DNA from: Schmidtea nova
Lineage: Eukaryota
Direction: 5' to 3'
NCBI GenBank assembly: GCA_044892505.1
Contig: CM097883.1
Location: forward strand, 357,926,001-357,990,000
DNA: 64,000 bases
The stretch's first letter is position 1. Each line of letters opens with the position of its first letter. The position numbers and the translations under genes are program-made. Positions 12,546 to 23,745 of this stretch are shown piece after piece. The notes beneath the pieces are model-generated. The model did not search any database, was not told where the DNA came from, and was given only the letters and a program-made list of their open reading frames with translations.

Positions 12546-14202
12546 TCTCAATTAATTTTTAAAACTAATTCATGTCGCTATTTCTTTAATTTGATAATAA
12601 AAAATTCATGAATTAATGAAGTTTAAATTACTTAAAATTGTTATACTGTACTCAATTATTCTGTACTCGAGTATTAGAGCATTTTCAATTGTGGATTATA
12701 GATTTTGTTTTCAATCATTTTGTTGTTTATAAATATGGAAATATTTATAAATATTCTTAAAAAATATTTTTTATAAAACAGAGAATATTATATTTTTAAG
12801 ATTAATTTATTTAAATTAAAAAAATTTTAATCGTTTTAAATTTTTTGACTATTTTAGAAAATTTATAAAAAAAGGAACCCATAAAAACAAGTTTTTAATG
12901 TAACTCTTTCTTTTTCTCATGTTCTCGGTTAATTTTATTGTTGTTTCATTGTTTGGGAGTTTCTAGGCCACAGTAAATTGAAAAATCACATTGTTTCAAA
13001 ATTTTTCAATTTTTCAATGGAATAATTTGTGGGCCACCACGAATCTGCTCGCAAATTTTCAGATCGATTGGATATCGGGAAGTGGGTTAAAAATTGATCC
13101 AAAGTTTGACAAGAAAACAATCAGAAATTGGAAGTTAAAAGAAAGTTAAAATACATTTTATTTTATTATTAATTTGTTTGATAAATCTTTTTATTTGATT
13201 TTTATTTGAATGGAAGATTGAGTGGCACCTGATAAAGAGAATTAAGTTCTCGAAATATATTGTGCAGAATATATTTTTGGATTGGCGTTTGGTTTTAATT
13301 ATTTTAGNNNNNNNNNNNNNNNNNNNNNNNNNNNNNNNNNNNNNNNNNNNNNNNNNNNNNNNNNNNNNNNNNNNNNNNNNNNNNNNNNNNNNNNNNNNNN
13401 NNNNNNNNNNNNNNNNNNNNNNNNNNNNNNNNNNNNNNNNNNNNNNCCTTTAGGGTTAGTATATTTTGTGTGGCTCAATATAACTCGTCTTCTTCCAATG
13501 TGACAAAGGGAAACGTAAAGGTTTGATACCTCTGATCCATGTCCTTCTTAAAATTTTACGTTTACTCATTTAATTTTATTTTCAATCTCCTTTTCCCTGT
13601 CTGTGAAAGCATATTGATTATTATTTTATTCTCTTTATATATTAAAATAATTCGTTTAATTATTATTTTTGGAACCAAATCACAATTGTTTGACAATCTT
13701 TAAACAACGTTTTTTGTGATATCCTTGGATATTGTTTGAAAAATAACAGGGTTAATTGATTTTCTATAAACCTTCCTCCCAATAACCTTCTCCATTCGCT
13801 TCATCAATCATAATACCATGATAATGGTTTCCTAATTTTCGCTTTTCCAATAACATACGTATTTAAAATTACAGTTTTTAGTGCGATATTCAATGCGATT
13901 TCTAATGGCATACGAGTTTTGAGCTTGTTTAGCGCCAACTGGCTCGAGATTCTTACATGAAATTGGTGAGAGCCAAATAAGTTCGAAAGGCGTATTTCAT
14001 TAGAAATTGCATTGAATATTAAATTAGAAAATTAATTGCTATCAGTCAGTCGTTTGAAAAGTCAAAAACGATTTTAAAAATATTTTTTATTAATTGAATA
14101 ATATTTTTTAATTTGTAATATTCTTCATATTTATATTTTTAATTTTTTTAATTTTCATTATTTTATTATTTGGAAGTTATTAAAAATAAAAATAATTCTT
14201 AC

Positions 14203-14715
14203 ATGAAAGGATGAAATAATCTTCAATTGGAATATTTTCTATCTCAAGACAAAATGAATTTCTCGTTAAAATACTTATAGAATTATTTTTTATTCCGTGA
14301 TGCCATGAACTGATATTACGGCAGCGTTGACAAACCGTTGACATTGGGCATTCTTCGGAATATATTTTAGTGAGAGGAGGGGGATATTGCCGATAGAATC
14401 GTTTTCTACAGTAACCACTTTGGCATTCAATGTCTCCTACTGTCGAGTAAGGGTCCGGAAACATTTCATTTGCAAATCTTTCTTGCTCAATTGAACAATT
14501 TGCAGTCTGTCGTTGTAAAGTATATTTCCCGTCTAATTCTAACAGAGCCCAATCTCCCTTGTATGTACAATTGTTGCATGAGGAGGGTTGGCAGTGTGAC
14601 TGGAAACCCTTCGTGAGGTTGTAGTTGACCCCATCAAAATAGAGTTTATATAGGAATATTTTGCATCGCCCATATTCGCAACTTATATCCTTTCTTGTGT
14701 GTACCAATTCTTTCT
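14203..14715 (-). CDS. Cys-rich paralog A2: 513-nt phase 1-1 exon encoding two 6-Cys domains
   Basis: Open frame with conserved C-x4-C, C-x3-5-C-x2-C, KGDW and LxR-x4-C; acceptor ttaag|AGAAAGAATTG, donor CAT|GTAAGA. Confidence 0.75.
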
Positions 14716-15736
14716 CTTAATAAAATATAAAAATTATTTTATTAAATTTACTTTAATTTATCGAAGAAATGGGAGAAATTAATCAAATCGAACGAAATGA
14801 AGAATCCGAGGAAAATCTTGACTAAATCCTCTTATTTGATGTTTATGAGATTCTCTGGTGGGACTCTTATTCATGTAACTGTTTAGGATAGGAAGATAAA
14901 TAATTTGTAAGGATGTTGTGAACATAATTAGGATTTGATTTTGTTAAAGCCANNNNNNNNNNNNNNNNNNNNNNNNNNNNNNNNNNNNNNNNNNNNNNNN
15001 NNNNNNNNNNNNNNNNNNNNNNNNNNNNNNNNNNNNNNNNNNNNNNNNNNNNNNNNNNNNNNNNNNNNNNNNNNNNNNNNNNNNNNNNNNNNNNNNNNNN
15101 NNNNNNNNNNNNNNNNNNNNNNNNNNNNNNNNNNNNNNNNNNNNNNNNNNNNNNNNNNNNNNNNNNNNNNNNNNNNNNNNNNNNNNNNNNNNNNNNNNNN
15201 NNNNNNNNNNNNNNNNNNNNNNNNNNNNNNNNNNNNNNNNNNNNNNNNNNNNNNNNNNNNNNNNNNNNNNNNNNNNNNNNNNNNNNNNNNNNNNNNNNNN
15301 NNNNNNNNNNNNNNNNNNNNNNNNNNNNNNNNNNNNNNNNNNNNNNNNNNNNNNNNNNNNNNNNNNNNNNNNNNNNNNNNNNNNNNNNNNNNNNNNNNNN
15401 NNNNNNNNNNNNNNNNNNNNNNNNNNNNNNNNNNNNNNNNNNNNNNNNNNNNNNNNNNNNNNNNNNNNNNNNNNNNNNNNNNNNNNNNNNNNNNNNNNNN
15501 NNNNNNNNNNNNNNNNNNNNNNNNNNNNNNNNNNNNNNNNNNNNNNNNNNNNNNNNNNNNNNNNNNNNNNNNNNNNNNNNNNNNNNNNNNNNNNNNNNNN
15601 NNNNNNNNNNNNNNNNNNNNNNNNNNNNNNNNNNNNNNNNNNNNNNNNNNNNNNNNNNNNNNNNNNNNNNNNNNNNNNNNNNNNNNNNNNNNNNNNNNNN
15701 NNNNNNNNNNNNNNNNNNNNNNNNNNNNNNNNNNNN

Positions 15737-15880
15737 NNNNNNNNNNNNNNNNNNNNNTAGACATAATTTGAATTTTTTATTTATTACAATTATCTTCTTA
15801 TATAAACAAATTTTACTTGTTTATATATATTTTAAATAAGTTTGGAATTAATTAACAAAATGAGTTAATTAAATCCAACA
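15737..15880 (-). repeat. 3' LTR (144 bp inferred; 15758-15880 visible)
   Basis: Starts TGTTGG just after the PPT; identical to the 5' copy where both are visible. Confidence 0.8.
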
Positions 15881-15889
15881 TAACTCCCC

Positions 15890-18883
15890 TCAAAGATTGG
15901 GTTCCGGCTCTATTGTTGCTCGCAGTCGATCAGCAGACACGATTTTATTTTTGTCGTTTATTGATATTTTGAATGTCTTGAGGTCTGGCGATCTTTCCAC
16001 TACTTTAAACGGACCATCATATGGAAGATCGAGCCCTTTGGTGATTGGCTTCTGTAACCATACCCTGGTGCATGTGGCCAGTTCTTTCTGTATGAAACTG
16101 TTTTGTTTTGAATCTATCTTCTTTTCTTTTGGTATGGGATTGTAGATGGTTGGGATATTGGATTCTTCTTCGTCAACTTCTGATGTTATGATCGATAAAT
16201 CGCCAGGTAATCTGAGTTTCGTTCCAAACACGAGTTCAGCTGGTGATGGTGAGTTATCTGAGGTGCAACAGCTGCGTAAACCTAGTAGTACTGTCGGGAG
16301 ATCATGAGCCCACGTTTTATTTGCGTCTGCCGCATGAGCCTTGAGCGAGTTCTTGAGACTTCTATGCCATCTTTCTACCTTCCCATTGCATTGTGGATGG
16401 TATGCTGTGGTTCGTCTATGTTCAATGCCCATATTTCTGCAAAAATTGTTAAATAAAGTAGATTCAAATTGCAACCCTTGATCACTGATGATAACTTCAG
16501 GTACACCGTATCTACTTATCCATTCTCTATTCAGTATTGTTACCACGTTAGAACTTGAGATTTCGTTAATTGGAATGGCTTCCCCCCACGACGTTGATCT
16601 ATCAATCATTGTAAGCATGAATCTCTTATTGCTTACTGGGGGTAATGGTCCTACGAGATCAATGTGAATGGTTTTGAATCGCCCAGTTGTTGGAATATCC
16701 ATGAGAGGGGTCTTAGTATGACGGCTTATCTTTGATTGTTGACATTTCTGACACTGACGATTCCAAGTTCTAATATCAGCTCGCATTTTTGGCCAAACAT
16801 ATCTTGATGCTAATAATCGCATCATTGGTTTGTAACCAGGATGTGAGATGTTGTGTAGCCTTTGAAATTCCTGGAATCTGAGTGATGTAGGAAGGATGAT
16901 TCTCGGCTTCCCCAGACTGATATCTACAAGGATACCATCTTTAGATTCACATAGATCCAGTGAAGTCATCTTTAGGTTTGCTAATAACTTGTCGGACTTT
17001 TGTTCTGTTAGGAGCTTTGCATTATCAAAGGTATTGATTGCTTCAATCTGGATCATGTCTATCTCCATAGAATGTTGTCTTGATAGAAGGTCAGCAGTTG
17101 CATTCTCTTTACCTTTAATATATTCGATCTTGAAGGTAAACTGAGAGAGATGTTCAATGATTCTCCATTGTCTTGTAGATGGCTCTTTCATCGACATTAT
17201 GTGAATGAGTGGCTTGTGGTCAGTATTTATTGTGAATGAAGAGGCTAGGAGATAGTGTTTGAAGTGTTTCGTTGCAAGTTGTATTGCCAGAAGTTCCCTG
17301 TCAAATGTCGAATATTTTATTTCGGATTTAGATAGCTTCTGAGAATAAAATGCGATTGGTATTAAACGATTTTCTGTATCTGTTTGATTTAGGCTTGCTC
17401 CAACGGCTACTGATGATGCATCCGTGCATAGTGTGAATGGCCTGGATGGGTCTGGATATCCAGTAGACACTTCTCTGCATAGGGCTGCTTTAGCTTGTTC
17501 AAATGCTCTATCATGGATTTCGTTCCAAATGAACTTTTTCTTGTTTCCTGAAGCTATTGTTATTAAATCATGCAATGGAGCCAAAATATCAGATAAATGT
17601 GGAGTCAACCAGTGGTAATATCCGATGGCGCCAATGAAGCTTCTTAGCATACGTACACATTTTGGTTTTTCTATTTTAAGAATGTTTGAAGTCTTTTCTT
17701 GAGATGCTCTTACTCCATTTTTGTCCAATTCGAATCCTAGAAATTGGATCCTTTCTTTATTGAATTCGCATTTGCTAATGTTGACTTTGAGACCGGCTGC
17801 ATAAAGGTTTTTCAGAACTGTTCTGACGTGAGATTTATGGTTCTCCAGGCTGTCTGAAAATATTAGAACATCATCTACATAAGCGACACAGAATGATTGC
17901 AAGTCTCTGAGAATGTTATCTATGTATCGTTGGAATGTCTGAGATGCATTCCGTAAGCCAAATGGCATCGTATTATATTGGAATAATCCAAATGGGGTTA
18001 TCACTGCAGTTTTGTCTCTGTCTTCTTCCGCAATCGGTATCTGGTGATAGGCTTTGATCATGTCTAATTTGGTGAAGTATTTGCTCCCAATCAGGCCATC
18101 AAGAATATCCTGGATTCTGGGAAGAGGATATTTATCTGGAATTGTGAGATTGTTGAGGAGTCTGTAGTCACCACAGGGTCTCCACGTTCCATCATGTTTT
18201 TTTACGACAACTAAAGGTGAGGCCCAACTACTTTTGCTTACTTGAATGACATTTTCTTTTAGTAATCGATCAAATTCAGCTTTGGTTGCTCTTAGTCGTT
18301 CTCCAAAAAGCTTACGAGACTTTTGAGATATTGCTTCTCCTTTTGTTATTATTTGCAATTGAACATCTGGTTTGGTGCTGATTATTGGCTTTTGTGGGTC
18401 AAAGATAATGTCATCATATTCACAAAATATACTATTCATCTTTGATACTTTTTGATAGCCTTTTGCGTATTCTGAAGTATTGATGTTGGAAATTTGCCTG
18501 TTCTTGCAACTGACATTCAGATCAAAGTGCGCCAAAAAGTCTGCTCCTATTATTGGTCTGCTGAGATTTGCTACGGCAAATATCCATTTGAATGGTTTTT
18601 GAAAGCCTTCAAATTTTAGCGATATTTCTCTGTCACCATAATACTCGATGATGGAGTTGTTGGCGCTGATTAATGTTCGCTTTCTGTCAAGTGATAGATT
18701 CGGTTCAAACAGTTTTGATGGCAATACGCTGGCATCGGCACCCGAATCTATGAGAAAGTCAACGCTGTGGTTGTTGGAGACAATTGCCGGTACGGTGAAA
18801 GTTTGATTTTGCTTCGGATTGTAGGCTGATGTGATCTCAAAGGTTCCAGGTACCGAATTTACTGGAACCTTCTCTCGTTTCCC
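15890..18883 (-). CDS. pol: Pol polyprotein (protease, RT, RNase H, integrase)
   Basis: FLIDSGAD protease, AYVDDVL RT, CTDAS RNase H, HHCC and DDE integrase, LPYDGPF GPY/F motif; no internal stops. Confidence 0.95.
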   Translation of the reverse strand, partial: GKREKVPVNSVPGTFEITSAYNPKQNQTFTVPAIVSNNHSVDFLIDSGADASVLPSKLFEPNLSLDRKRTLISANNSIIEYYGDREISLKFEGFQKPFKWIFAVANLSRPIIGADFLAHFDLNVSCKNRQISNINTSEYAKGYQKVSKMNSIFCEYDDIIFDPQKPIISTKPDVQLQIITKGEAISQKSRKLFGERLRATKAEFDRLLKENVIQVSKSSWASPLVVVKKHDGTWRPCGDYRLLNNLTIPDKYPLPRIQDILDGLIGSKYFTKLDMIKAYHQIPIAEEDRDKTAVITPFGLFQYNTMPFGLRNASQTFQRYIDNILRDLQSFCVAYVDDVLIFSDSLENHKSHVRTVLKNLYAAGLKVNISKCEFNKERIQFLGFELDKNGVRASQEKTSNILKIEKPKCVRMLRSFIGAIGYYHWLTPHLSDILAPLHDLITIASGNKKKFIWNEIHDRAFEQAKAALCREVSTGYPDPSRPFTLCTDASSVAVGASLNQTDTENRLIPIAFYSQKLSKSEIKYSTFDRELLAIQLATKHFKHYLLASSFTINTDHKPLIHIMSMKEPSTRQWRIIEHLSQFTFKIEYIKGKENATADLLSRQHSMEIDMIQIEAINTFDNAKLLTEQKSDKLLANLKMTSLDLCESKDGILVDISLGKPRIILPTSLRFQEFQRLHNISHPGYKPMMRLLASRYVWPKMRADIRTWNRQCQKCQQSKISRHTKTPLMDIPTTGRFKTIHIDLVGPLPPVSNKRFMLTMIDRSTSWGEAIPINEISSSNVVTILNREWISRYGVPEVIISDQGLQFESTLFNNFCRNMGIEHRRTTAYHPQCNGKVERWHRSLKNSLKAHAADANKTWAHDLPTVLLGLRSCCTSDNSPSPAELVFGTKLRLPGDLSIITSEVDEEESNIPTIYNPIPKEKKIDSKQNSFIQKELATCTRVWLQKPITKGLDLPYDGPFKVVERSPDLKTFKISINDKNKIVSADRLRATIEPEPNL
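18841..18883 (-). promoter_or_regulatory. -1 programmed ribosomal frameshift signal
   Basis: G GGA AAC heptamer in the gag frame (18883-18877), 6-nt spacer, then AGGTTCCAG/CTGGAACCT 9-bp stem; pol is in the -1 frame. Confidence 0.85.
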
Positions 18884-19620
18884 TGCTTCTGATTCTTTTG
18901 TTCCCATGAGCAGGGGGGTTGACATTTCTGGGCTTTTTCTCCAAACGTTCTATGATAATAACATAGAGTATCCAGTGATTGTGAAGGTGATTTGAGTGTC
19001 TGGCTGTACTTCAGTGCTGCTATTTGGTCTTCAACATTGTTTATTTTCATTAGATTATGCATAGCTTTCTTTTGATCCATTATGTTGTCCGCCATTTTCG
19101 CTATCTTCCAGATGTCTTCTTCGGACTGAAGGATCAGTGTATTTTGAATGTTTTCTGGTAACATTCTGAGGAATAGGTCCTTTAGCAGAACTAGAGATAC
19201 AGTTCCATTACCGTATTTAAATAGATTAGAATGAATGTCCTGGAGTGCTTCTGAGGGAGTACGATCTCCTAAATAACGATCGTTTAGGAGACTTTGAAGT
19301 GATACGGGATTGTTTCTGTTGTAATCTTCCAGCATTGCTTCTTTTAGATCTGTATAGGGCAATTTGCTTTCTGTTTCAAGCAAGTGAAAGAATTTTCTTG
19401 CGATTGCTGTTGGGATTGCCATTACTAAGTGCTGAAATTGGCTTCTTTCTGACTTGATTTTAGAGAATGCAAAAGCAATTTCCAGCTGTTTGATCCATGT
19501 GGGAAAATCACTGTTGTATATCGGTAATTTGATTGAGTTGGCTTGAATTTCTAGCTCTTCTACTGAAGATTCTGAGGCATTTCTGACACCATTGTTAAGT
19601 TTATCAAAAGAGATAGACAT
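18859..19620 (-). CDS. gag: Gag
   Basis: IKLPIY..FPTWIKQLEIAF N-terminal motif, LGDRTPS, and the CYYHRTFGEKAQKCQPPC (C-x2-H-x9-C-x3-C) knuckle. Confidence 0.9.
   Translation of the reverse strand: MSISFDKLNNGVRNASESSVEELEIQANSIKLPIYNSDFPTWIKQLEIAFAFSKIKSERSQFQHLVMAIPTAIARKFFHLLETESKLPYTDLKEAMLEDYNRNNPVSLQSLLNDRYLGDRTPSEALQDIHSNLFKYGNGTVSLVLLKDLFLRMLPENIQNTLILQSEEDIWKIAKMADNIMDQKKAMHNLMKINNVEDQIAALKYSQTLKSPSQSLDTLCYYHRTFGEKAQKCQPPCSWEQKNQKQGNERRFQ
19581..19591 (-). promoter_or_regulatory. Primer-binding site, tRNA-Leu(CAA)-like
   Basis: TGGTGTCAGAA lies 1 nt after the LTR end (...TTAACA); complementary to the ...UUCUGACACCA 3' end typical of animal tRNA-Leu(CAA). Confidence 0.75.
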
Positions 19621-19736
19621 AATTTGAATTTTTTATTTATTACAATTATCTTCTTATATAAACAAATTTTACTTGTTTATATATATTTTAAATAAGTTTG
19701 GAATTAATTAACAAAATNNNNNNNNNNNNNNNNNNN
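19593..19736 (-). repeat. 5' LTR (19593-19717 visible)
   Basis: Ends AACA, complementary to the TGTT start; remainder falls in a gap. Confidence 0.8.
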
Positions 19737-20272
19737 NNNNNNNNNNNNNNNNNNNNNNNNNNNNNNNNNNNNNNNNNNNNNNNNNNNNNNNNNNNNNNNN
19801 NNNNNNNNNNNNNNNNNNNNNNNNNNNNNNNNNNNNNNNNNNNNNNNNNNNNNNNNNNNNNNNNNNNNNNNNNNNNNNNNNNNNNNNNNNNNNNNNNNNN
19901 NNNNNNNNNNNNNNNNNNNNNNNNNNNNNNNNNNNNNNNNNNNNNNNNNNNNNNNNNNNNNNNNNNNNNNNNNNNNNNNNNNNNNNNNNNNNNNNNNNNN
20001 NNNNNNNNNNNNNNNNNNNNNNNNNNNNNNNNNNNNNNNNNNNNNNNNNNNNNNNNNNNNNNNNNNNNNNNNNNNNNNNNNNNNNNNNNNNNNNNNNNNN
20101 NNNNNNNNNNNNNNNNNNNNNNNNNNNNNNNNNNNNNNNNNNNNNNNNNNNNNNNNNNNNNNNNNNNNNNNNNNNNNNNNNNNNNNNNNNNNNNNNNNNN
20201 NNNNNNNNNNNNNNNNNNNNNNNNNNNNNNNNNNNNNNNNNNNNNNNNNNNNNNNNNNNNNNNNNNNNNNNN

Positions 20273-22311
20273 TGACTATAGATCAAAATTTTTTTTTATA
20301 AACAATAACACAATATTTCGGCACAGCCTTTATCAAGTGTGTATTTCTATCGTTATATTTACTTAATCCTAAATAGTAGCCTTAATTATTTTTTTAATAT
20401 TTTATAATGATTTTATTGGATGAAAAAATTTATTTTATTTTAATTTTTTGTGCGAATTGAATGTTGATGGAAGGTTTGTATTTTTTTATGAAAAAAGTCT
20501 CGGAAGCTAATCTTTGTAATGAATTTTTGAATCCCTCTTGTAGGATCTGGCATTTTGTTTCTTCTATAGATGGAGTTGTTTTATGTACTTTTTCCCAGTG
20601 TTCGTAATAATTACTGGTTTTGATTTTAGTATGTTCATTAAGTCGGGTGCGAAAAGTTCTATGTGTTTCTCCTATGTAAGTAGCGTCACATTTTTGACAA
20701 GAAAGTTTATATACTATATTTTTGGAAAAGCAAAAGCATCGGGTTGTGGAACGACAAAGACATTTATGTTTGGAGATGTTGGAAATTGGTGGCTTTCGGA
20801 GTTGTGATTTTAACGGTGCGGAGGTTATGAACGTTGGACGGATGTGGATAGGCAAATCTGTTTGATTAAAAATGTTGGTGATTTTGTTGGCTGTAGTGTC
20901 ATTTAGGAAAGGTAATCTTAGATATGTTGTGTGTTTGTTATTGTTATTGTGTTTCTGGCGTTTTCTATTGTTGCGTTTATTGTGGTATGGTTCGTTAAGG
21001 AAGTGTTTCTTTACAAAGTCTTCAGGGTATCCATTTTGGAGGAATCGTATTTTGAAGTTTTCTAATGTTTCTTGTATTTTGTTTGCGTCTGAACAGTTTC
21101 TTATGGCTCTTTTTCTTTCTCCTATTAGTAATGCGATTTTGCGTTGAAGTGGAACGTGGCTTTTCCATGGGAGGATATGACCGCTATGTAAACCTTTAGA
21201 ATATAGCTCGGTGTTTGCATTTAGTGTATCTTGGCCTTTTGTGAAACTTACCATGGTATCTAAAAACGGTATTTTACCTTCTGTGTTCGGTGGTTCAAAA
21301 GTAAATTGTATGTTGGTGTTAGTAGAATTTGCGTGTGATAGGATTTGATTGAGAGGGATTGTGGAGACTATGAAGATGTCGTCGATGTATCGTTTCCAGA
21401 AAAGTATTTTGTCCCCAAAAAAAGATATGATCTTAGATTCTATAAAGTTCATGTAGAAGATGGCTAAGATGGGAGAAAGGTTATTACCCATGGCTAATCC
21501 ATGAATTTGTTTGAATGGTTTTTCTTTAATTATGACAGTATCTGAATTTATTGCTAATTTTAGAAGTTCTATAAAGTCTTGTTTAGTTAAGTCTGCGAGG
21601 TCAGTATTGGCTTTATGAGTTTCAAAGAAAGAAGCTGCGATATCGAAAATGTTATTCTCTCCGTGAAGAGGAATAGATCCGTAAAGATTGGAAACGTCAA
21701 GAGATCCCCAGAAGTACTGTTGTCCTGAGTTTAACGGAAGAGACGTATTTGTAATTTCGGAGACGAATTCAGTTGTGTTTTTAAGATGAGAAGGAACCAA
21801 AGGCAAAAGTGTTTTTAGAATTTCTGAAAGAACTTTAGAAAGTGTTGTGGAAGGAGTGTCAACTGCAGATACAAGAGGTCTACCTTTTAAAGGACTTTTG
21901 TGATCTTTAGGTAACATAGTCATATTACTAGGTAAAGGCTCACTGCAGTTGCATTTTAAAAGTAAATCTTTGATTTGAAGGTTAATTTGTTTATTTGCAA
22001 GTGTTGAAAGTTTCTTATTGTATAAAATCTGAGTCGATGCAGGTAAGATTATTTTGTTTATCGGTTCATAGTTCGAGAGATGTTCTTCAAATAGAGTATT
22101 GTATTGTTCTGTGTCAAGGGCAATTAGTCGATTTGTTTTATCTGATGGAAGAATTGTGAAGTCTTTGGAATTCTTAATTTTCTTTATGTTTGAAGTGAAA
22201 GAATTTTGTGTTGAGCAATGTTTTTCAAGAAAGATAATTTGTTCTCTGACTAAAGTTTTGACTTTAGTTTCTAAACAGCTGAGTTTTTCTTCAAGTTCAG
22301 TCGAAAAGACA
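20273..22311 (-). mobile_element. Penelope-like retroelement, 5'-truncated copy 1
   Basis: Open RT (GSLDVSNLYGSIP, GLAMGNNLSP, RYIDDIF) fused to GIY-YIG (IVYKLSCQKCDATYIGET); 3' UTR carries a hammerhead-like motif. The track's start codon spans the junction and is artificial. Confidence 0.92.
20308..20342 (-). ncRNA. Minimal hammerhead ribozyme-like motif (PLE variant)
   Basis: Reverse complement of ACACAC-TTGATAA-AGGC-TGT-GCC-GAAA-TATT-GTGT. Confidence 0.55.
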
Positions 22312-23745
22312 GGGGATCTTGACGTTTCCAATCTTTACGGATCTATTCCTCTTCACGGAGAGAATAACATTTTCGATATCGCAGCTTCTTTCTTTGAAAC
22401 TCATAAAGCCAATACTGACCTCGCAGACTTAACTAAACAAGACTTTATAGAACTTCTAAAATTAGCAATAAATTCAGATACTGTCATAATTAAAGAAAAA
22501 CCATTCAAACAAATTCATGGATTAGCCATGGGTAATAACCTTTCTCCCATCTTAGCCATCTTCTACATGAACTTTATAGAATCTAAGATCATATCTTTTT
22601 TGGGGACAAAATACTTTTCTGGAAACGATACATCGACGACATCTTCATAGTCTCCACAATCCCTCTCAATCAAATCCTATCACACGCAAATTCTACTAAC
22701 ACCAACATACAATTTACTTTTGAACCACCGAACACAGAAGGTAAAATACCGTTTTTAGATACCATGGTAAGTTTCACAAAAGGCCAAGATACACTAAATG
22801 CAAACACCGAGCTATATTCTAAAGGTTTACATAGCGGTCATATCCTCCCATGGAAAAGCCACGTTCCACTTCAACGCAAAATCGCATTACTAATAGGAGA
22901 AAGAAAAAGAGCCATAAGAAACTGTTCAGACGCAAACAAAATACAAGAAACATTAGAAAACTTCAAAATACGATTCCTCCAAAATGGATACCCTGAAGAC
23001 TTTGTAAAGAAACACTTCCTTAACGAACCATACCACAATAAACGCAACAATAGAAAACGCCAGAAACACAATAACAATAACAAACACACAACATATCTAA
23101 GATTACCTTTCCTAAATGACACTACAGCCAACAAAATCACCAACATTTTTAATCAAACAGATTTGCCTATCCACATCCGTCCAACGTTCATAACCTCCGC
23201 ACCGTTAAAATCACAACTCCGAAAGCCACCAATTTCCAACATCTCCAAACATAAATGTCTTTGTCGTTCCACAACCCGATGCTTTTGCTTTTCCAAAAAT
23301 ATAGTATATAAACTTTCTTGCCAAAAATGTGACGCTACTTACATAGGAGAAACACATAGAACTTTTCGCACCCGACTTAATGAACATACTAAAATCAAAA
23401 CCAGTAATTATTACGAACACTGGGAAAAAGTACATAAAACAACTCCATCTATAGAAGAAACAAAATGCCAGATCCTACAAGAGGGATTCAAAAATTCATT
23501 ACAAAGATTAGCTTCCGAGACTTTTTTCATAAAAAAATACAAACCTTCCATCAACATTCAATTCGCACAAAAAATTAAAATAAAATAAATTTTTTCATCC
23601 AATAAAATCATTATAAAATATTAAAAAAATAATTAAGGCTACTATTTAGGATTAAGTAAATATAACGATAGAAATACACACTTGATAAAGGCTGTGCCGA
23701 AATATTGTGTTATTGTTTATAAAAAAAAATTTTGATCTATAGTCA
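22312..23745 (+). mobile_element. Penelope-like retroelement, more deeply 5'-truncated inverted copy 2
   Basis: Near-identical reverse complement of 20273-21709; has a 2-nt deletion at its start, a 1-nt T-run deletion near 22596-22601 and one synonymous substitution that I noticed. Confidence 0.92.
23676..23710 (+). ncRNA. Minimal hammerhead ribozyme-like motif (PLE variant)
   Basis: acac / cttgataa a ggc tgt gcc gaaa tatt / gtgt: stem I acac-gtgt, stem II ggc-gcc, palindromic ATAT stem III. Confidence 0.55.

Larger units (their letters stand above)
15737..19736 (-). mobile_element. Apparently intact compact Ty3/Gypsy LTR retrotransposon (CsRn1/Kabuki-like)
   Basis: gag with CHCC knuckle, pol PR-RT-RH-IN, PPT TGAGGGGAG, PBS TGGTGTCAGAA, and an identical 104-bp visible LTR overlap (15758-15861 = 19614-19717). 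Outer ends are extrapolated into the N gaps. Confidence 0.95.

Noticed and set aside
15758-19717. Tandem-array or circular-contig reading of the Gypsy terminal repeat, because the repeat includes the gag ATG
   Set aside because: TGTT...AACA ends, the PPT and a PBS define a normal 144-bp LTR that simply contains the ATG.
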